Assembly (NCBI GenBank): GCA_046538485.1
Contig: JBKHIT010000019.1
Span: 16,114-80,113 of the forward strand
Direction of reading: 5' to 3'
Length of the DNA stretch: 64,000 nucleotides
Source of the DNA: Candidatus Brocadiia bacterium
Lineage (GTDB): Bacteria; Planctomycetota; Brocadiia; SM23-32
Shown here piece after piece: positions 59,501 through 64,000 of the stretch (position 1 is the first letter of the stretch; the number at the start of each line of letters is the position of its first letter). The position numbers were made by a program, and so were the translations under genes. The notes beneath the pieces are model-generated. The model saw only the letters and a program-made list of their open reading frames with translations. It searched no databases and was not told the DNA's origin.

Positions 59501-62500
59501 TGGCCATCTGGCAGGTGAAGTAGATCCCAGGATACCAGGTGATTATTGTCGACTTGGTCGGCGAAAATCACGTATGAGTCTTTGTGACGGGTGTTAATCA
59601 TCAGATGGCAGGTTTCGCCGGGCCGATACGTTCGTTTGTCGGTGATGAGTTCCAGATTGTTGAATCGATACAGTTTTCCGTCAAAGTCGCGTCCGCAGAC
59701 CCATACGAGTCCGTAACCTTCAACGGAACCACCCCATTTATCGGGGGCCTGAAACTTTATTTTGAGCTGGTCGCTGCGTTCGTGACGCAGGCGGAATTTC
59801 AGGATCCCGCGTTTGTCGGTTTCGGCTTTCCAGCGTTTAAGTTCTTCTTCCTTAATTTTTGCGTTATTGGGTCCGCCGAGGACCACCCGGCTCACGGTGA
59901 CAACGCCTTCGGTCTGAACGGGTTCGTTCCCGGGGGTGCGGCACCGGACTGTGACCTGCATTTCTTCGCCGGGACGATACCAGCCTCCGTCGGCGTTCAC
60001 GTAGGCGTAGTAGGCCTGACGCGTGACTTTGACGGATCCCTCACCGGTGATGACGCGGCGGCTGGCGTCGCGCACTTCGGCTTTGATGACGTAGCGGTGG
60101 TCCAGATCGCCGTGTTGCCGCAGGGCAGGGCCGGTATCGATTTCGACATCAAGTGTGCCATCGGGTCCGATGTGTCCCTGACCCTGTTTGACGAGCTCTC
60201 GCACCGGATTGGGGCGGGAGTAACCGTAATGGTTCCACCACCAGTGAGGCGGAGCCCAGCAACCGCGCACTTTTCGCCACCAGGGGAACCATTCGTAATC
60301 GTACCAGGCGAAACCGTAGCCCGGTCCATAGAGCCAATCCCAGTATCCATGCGGATAGTTGCGATGGGTATATTCTTCTCGGAAGATGCGATATTTGACG
60401 GTCGCATCCGTAACCGGCGCGCCGAAATAGTATTCGGCTTTGATTTGCGCTTTGATTTTTTCGCCGAGTTTGGCATGTTTCGTTCCCGGTTCCACGGTAA
60501 CTTCGAATTCGGGTTTTTTGTATTCTTCGACCCGGAAATTCTGCCCGCCGACGTAGCGGCGCCCGTGGATGTAAATCCGATAGACGCCAAGTCGAGGCTC
60601 TTCTTCCAGCGTGAACTTGCCATCGTACCCGCCGTATTGATCGGTGCGACCGGACTCATTATGTATTTTGTTGCCTTTGGGGTCATAAATTGTGATGCCG
60701 ATCTGATGATTCGGCGTGTTCTGCAGCTGCCCGTTGTGCATCTGACGCATCCAGATTTTGAAATTGACCGTCTGTTCGGGACGGTAGACCGGCCGGTCGG
60801 TTATGACGTAGGCGAAACGCCCACTCCGCATGCGCGAAGGATGGTAACGATGGTAGTAGCGCATTCCCGTCCAGGCGAGCCGGTTTTCCCCGGCGCTGAC
60901 CAGAAGGTGGGCATAACTTCTGGAACGCATCTGCTGGACGCTTTGATCCGGGCCGAATTCGGTTTGCTCTTTTTTCTTGGACGTCAGGAATGTCATTCCT
61001 TCCGTGTTGGTCAAAAGCTCGTGCTGCTTCTTGTAATATTTCGTCTGGCGTTTTTGTCGTTCGCGCCATACTTCCATGACATTAACGTTCGCCTGGGGAA
61101 CCGGCTGTCCGCCTGCGGCATCAGCGATGTAATAGAGTTTTCCGTCCGAAGTCTTTTTCTCGACGATGGCAAGGTCGGTCAGGACAACGACAGCACGGCT
61201 GTCACCCAGGGTCAGGAGGTTCATCCCGCTCGTTTTGGCCGCGTCTTTTGGGGGGGGGCTGTCATAAGCGTGGACCAGATACGCACCCGCATCTTTGAGG
61301 GGGGACTGCAGGGTGGCATGCGAGTAGCGATGCGTGCCGTCATCTTTGATTTTGTCGGACCAGCGGGCGACCTCGTCCCCGAGATGGTCGGCGGCACTCT
61401 TGTAAATCCAATGATCGCTGTAGCGCCTGGCCCGACCGCGCATAAAATAGTTGTGCCAGCGCCTTAGAGACGACTGCCAGGAGCGCTTCCGGTTATCGTC
61501 GATAACGTTTTCGCGAATATGTTCGAGGAACCCTTTGAGGTCAATTTTGCGCGCGACGAACCAGACCCGGTCCGCATTCCGATACGTGACCTGGATTTCG
61601 GCCGGTTTTTCGGGGAGCTGCACACCTGTCTGGCTGAGCCGTATTTGCGTGGCTTTGATACGGTCGATTTGTCTTTGGGCGTTATCCGTCCAATTGCTCT
61701 GGGGAAATTCTTCCTTCAGCTTGTCGTATTCGGCGAGAGCGGGGACGTACTGCTGGCGTGTCTGATAATAGAGTCCGAGCCCGTATTGCGACTGGGCGGC
61801 GATGCCGCTGGCGCGATAATCGCTGGCAACAAGTCGAAGCAGTTTCATCACGTCGTAGTGTTCCGGTAACGTCACTTTCCGGATGTGCCCCCCGACAAGA
61901 GTGAGCGCTTCGCTATCTTTCAGTTCCCACGGGTTGTAATCCTTGAGTTCTTCTTGAAGGGGTCTCTTCCCGCCGGCGTAATACAACGAGCCATAGCGAT
62001 TGAGGCGATCCATGCCGAAACGGGCGCGGGCGAGCATGGCCTGTCGGTAATAACTGAGGGCGGCGTAACCGGAATTTTCGGTCTCGTCGAGCTGGCGGAT
62101 TTCGTGGAGGAGGTAGAGAATCTTCTCGTCATCGCTCAGATCCTGCCCGAAATCTTTCGGCCGGCTCGGGAAAATGGGGTTCCCCTCTTTATCGACACGG
62201 AGTCCGATTGGTCTTTTTCGGCGGAGTTGCCAATGGCTGTGGTATTCGTCGAAATCTTCTTCCCCGGCGGTCTTTGCGCGAAATTCGTCTCGCTCTCCCC
62301 AGTAGTTGTACCAGTAATACCAGCTGTTAGAATAGATTGAGAATCGGGTGACCGCTCCCGTGAGGTCGAATATGCATTCAATTCTTTCGTTGTGCCAGTT
62401 TTCCCGAACATCTTTCGGCAATGTTGCCTTTTTCCGGTCGAACTGTTTGTATAATTTCCGCGCGCGTTGCAGATGTTTGACGGAATGCTTTTTGTCATAT

Positions 62501-62928
62501 TGCCAGCTGCGGAGGCGTATTCCCTGCTTATGCTGGGCTCTGTGAAACTCCCCGCCAGCCCGCGTTCCCCAGTGGGGCACCCGGAGATAAAGGTTCCCGC
62601 AAAAACGTTCGGCGCGGGCTTCCCGGAACGTGCCTTTGGTGCTTTTGATATATTCCTCGGCGTCTTCGAGCGCTTCGTCGAAAAGCCGCAGGCGCAAATG
62701 GCAGCTGACCAATTGCCGATAGATGTGGGGCAAATCTTCCCCCGGCGCACCGGCTTCGATCGCTTTTTCGTATTCTGCGGCCGCTTCTTTGTAATTCTTC
62801 TTTTCAAAGAGGGTGTCCGCTTCCTTGATCCGTTTGCCGGGCTCGACGTTTTGGGCGGTTACGGAAAGAACGAAGAGGCAGACAATGGCAGCTGCGGCGA
62901 GTGCGAACATCCATTTACCGGCTCGCAT
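56512..62928 (-). CDS. alpha-2-macroglobulin family protein with thioester motif and N-terminal TPR-like region
   Basis: TDRPVYRP, VEEYKKPEFEV, VRKQFSDTA.W, PENLTTW, YPYGCTEQ (CTEQ at 58117-58128), DMKPAGCE, MYVPE; Sec signal; AAGGAG RBS. Confidence 0.96.
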   Translation of the reverse strand: MRAGKWMFALAAAAIVCLFVLSVTAQNVEPGKRIKEADTLFEKKNYKEAAAEYEKAIEAGAPGEDLPHIYRQLVSCHLRLRLFDEALEDAEEYIKSTKGTFREARAERFCGNLYLRVPHWGTRAGGEFHRAQHKQGIRLRSWQYDKKHSVKHLQRARKLYKQFDRKKATLPKDVRENWHNERIECIFDLTGAVTRFSIYSNSWYYWYNYWGERDEFRAKTAGEEDFDEYHSHWQLRRKRPIGLRVDKEGNPIFPSRPKDFGQDLSDDEKILYLLHEIRQLDETENSGYAALSYYRQAMLARARFGMDRLNRYGSLYYAGGKRPLQEELKDYNPWELKDSEALTLVGGHIRKVTLPEHYDVMKLLRLVASDYRASGIAAQSQYGLGLYYQTRQQYVPALAEYDKLKEEFPQSNWTDNAQRQIDRIKATQIRLSQTGVQLPEKPAEIQVTYRNADRVWFVARKIDLKGFLEHIRENVIDDNRKRSWQSSLRRWHNYFMRGRARRYSDHWIYKSAADHLGDEVARWSDKIKDDGTHRYSHATLQSPLKDAGAYLVHAYDSPPPKDAAKTSGMNLLTLGDSRAVVVLTDLAIVEKKTSDGKLYYIADAAGGQPVPQANVNVMEVWRERQKRQTKYYKKQHELLTNTEGMTFLTSKKKEQTEFGPDQSVQQMRSRSYAHLLVSAGENRLAWTGMRYYHRYHPSRMRSGRFAYVITDRPVYRPEQTVNFKIWMRQMHNGQLQNTPNHQIGITIYDPKGNKIHNESGRTDQYGGYDGKFTLEEEPRLGVYRIYIHGRRYVGGQNFRVEEYKKPEFEVTVEPGTKHAKLGEKIKAQIKAEYYFGAPVTDATVKYRIFREEYTHRNYPHGYWDWLYGPGYGFAWYDYEWFPWWRKVRGCWAPPHWWWNHYGYSRPNPVRELVKQGQGHIGPDGTLDVEIDTGPALRQHGDLDHRYVIKAEVRDASRRVITGEGSVKVTRQAYYAYVNADGGWYRPGEEMQVTVRCRTPGNEPVQTEGVVTVSRVVLGGPNNAKIKEEELKRWKAETDKRGILKFRLRHERSDQLKIKFQAPDKWGGSVEGYGLVWVCGRDFDGKLYRFNNLELITDKRTYRPGETCHLMINTRHKDSYVIFADQVDNNHLVSWDLLHLPDGHKVLEIPIKKEHEPNFFLEATTVAGTRVHQQAKRICVPPEKKVVKVNVESDKPEYRPGEKAKIHIEAKDLNDNPVNAQVCLSTFDKSVLYIQPEYTPEIKKFFHGNLRHHTLQMRTNLLEQFSAVGSVSRPFQHIHPTPPEWNGIWGTRLGDWRTVQPTKLQELEKQTAGRNVAGRKLGRARTQKAGGALAMEAAADSAAPAPAGIEKARKKGEAEDRSGGGGSGQQFAEAEVRKQFSDTAIWLTDVQTGQDGKASVTVDMPENLTTWKINSWAMTQKTRVGQASTQAITTKNLIVRLQAPRFFLEYDEVVLSANVHNYLGEDKTARVSLNVPEKLLKIMEGSRVERTIEVPADGEKRVDWRVKVLKEGTAKITVKALTDEESDAMQMTFPVLVHGMTKQVAKTGSMRPHEKQATHTITLDVPEKRRPELTHLEIQYAPSLVGAMLDALPYCLDYPYGCTEQTMSRFLPAVLTLKTLQNMGINLEEVRKARGRMDEIRRIEEGENIKIYGSYAENPVFNSKKMNKIIKKGLKRIADMQHGDGGWAWWKRGDSSGYLTSYVTYSLLEAQKADVKVDQNMLRRGLQFLKRWEEGEMRKNWWSPHARHAFACYVLSQKKMRPKIKPGKKDDRPGDGLDRLYKGRDKLNLYGKALLSMALANLDDTKRAETVLQNIMQYREENKDTEMVWFRTPDRGWWYWWNNDIETNAWILRAIIRLQPKSDDAPKLVKWLLENRRNGYYWRSTRDTTLCVAAMSDFVVASGEGQPDYTLTLDLDNGAVTKKVKINKDNFFTYDNKMVVEGVTLGGGKHTLKITKEGPGALYYNSYLRYFTKEEHIGAAGHHLKVKRRYFKLQQIPYEVEVEGAEGQKIMEKRLRYKRVPLDDGDRIESGETIQVELEVSADNNYTYLCFEDMKPAGCEPLRLRSGGKRQEGFYTYMELRDEKVTFFMNSIEQGDHLLRYRLRAEIPGVFHALPAKLYGMYVPELKANSEELVMEIVD

Positions 62929-63267
62929 TGATTCTATCTCCTTTGTTATTGCCAGAGCACCGAAGTCCAAACAGCCCGCGATTCAGACGCGCATCATTGT
63001 ATACGACGGAGACACCAGGAAAAAGTTCCATTATAATTTGGATAAATTACGGAAACGGACGTTGGGGATGACCCGGAAGGGAGCCATTTGCGCTGATTGG
63101 AGGTTTTTTTAGAGCCGGGGTTTAACGGGAAGCAGGAACACTTTACCCAAAAAACGTGTTCTCAGCGGCGCTGAGGACTGTGTTGGACCCGGCACGCCGA
63201 TTTTCCCCCCAGGAACCCCAAATGAAGGCATGCGGTAAGTATCCGGTGAACCACGTTTCCCGGGAAC

Positions 63268-63285
63268 GCGGACGTCCTCGTCCGC
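63268..63285. repeat. REP-like hairpin
   Basis: gcggacg-tcct-cgtccgc preceded by gggaac. Confidence 0.45.
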
Positions 63286-63629
63286 ATCGATGGGGTGCAG
63301 AACGCCGCACGGGCCGATGCCGCCGAGATCCCGGGGTTGCGGAAGATGTTCGCTGCCGGGGGATGCAAAAGAATCATCTCCTGTGTGAAACCCGATGGCG
63401 CGTAGCGCCATCTTTGGTGCTTCTTATGTCAAACGCAAAGTGGTTTACAGGGGGGGCTGAGAGGCGAAAGGCGCTCAGGCATTGTTTATCGGGCATCTGA
63501 GTGGTTTTAATTTCCACCCCAAAAGTGGCCCGAAATTGCGCCTCTGGCCCTCTTTGCGGCTGCGTTTGGCTCATCTCTCTCTCCTTACGGCTCGGAAATG
63601 GGTCTCTGAGGTTTCCTCGAAACAAAAAA

Positions 63630-64000
63630 TCATGCTGCCAGGTTTCCTCTCTGGCGGCGACGACGGCGGTGAAAATCCTCGTCGTATTCGCTCCGGTTGC
63701 GCCACATCGCATGCAGTATTTTCATCCACCTGCAGGCCAGGCATCTGAGCGTATGATAATGGCTTTTTCCTTCGCTACGTTTCTTCAGGTAATATGCGTG
63801 AGCCCAGCAATCGGACTTGTGTCGGGTGGAGTCCACAACAGCCCCTGAAGGAGCTTACTACGAGCCTGACGATGACTTCGAAGCCCGCAATAACTCTCCG
63901 ACCGTGCAATTCACTGAGAGGTGCTTGTAGTGGACTGCTTCGTAAGTGGTATAAATGAAAGTCGGGGCAGAACTGGAGTCGATAAGTTCCCCTGCCTCGA
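63630..64000 (-). mobile_element. IS110-family remnant (transposase C-terminal fragment plus non-coding DNA)
   Basis: WAHAYYLKKRSEGKSHYHTLRCLACRWMKILHAMWRNRSEYDE matches the IS110 C-terminal helix pattern; no transposase body seen upstream; boundaries uncertain. Confidence 0.72.

Noticed and set aside
56596..61467. Very long plus-strand ORFs (316, 611 and 627 aa)
   Set aside because: Antisense shadows of the alpha-2-macroglobulin gene; no motifs of their own

Overview
Bacterial chromosomal window with no rRNA or CRISPR array. It is most likely from a Planctomycetota-like organism, inferred from the short PheT lacking the B2 OB domain, the PurS-like N-terminus on PurL, many Cys-type sulfatases, and a Ser/Thr kinase with a DLG motif. 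About 1-27 kb is largely housekeeping: thpR, metG, folC, purL, tyrA and infC-rpmI-rplT-pheS-pheT. It also holds an unusual signalling region: a sigma54-driven degenerate GGDEF gene, and a divergent pair of apparently catalytically dead membrane Zn-protease homologues, one fused between an intact Ser/Thr kinase and a ~560-aa hyper-acidic tail with 4x123-bp repeats. About 28-51 kb is an accessory carbohydrate/sulfate-ester catabolic region: heparinase II/III, four intact sulfatases (a fifth lies at 54.7-56.3 kb), URO-D-like proteins and a NagB-PIG-L fusion. That region also contains tRNA-Leu(GAG), tRNA-Ala(CGC), a C25-like peptidase and several genes eroded by large internal deletions. About 51.5-63 kb is a co-directional secreted anti-protease cluster: a thioester alpha-2-macroglobulin plus two tandem serpins with different reactive loops, interrupted by a sulfatase. 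The window ends in an IS110-family remnant. A ~150-bp dispersed MITE-like repeat occurs three times. All family calls come from motif recognition by eye; no searches were run.
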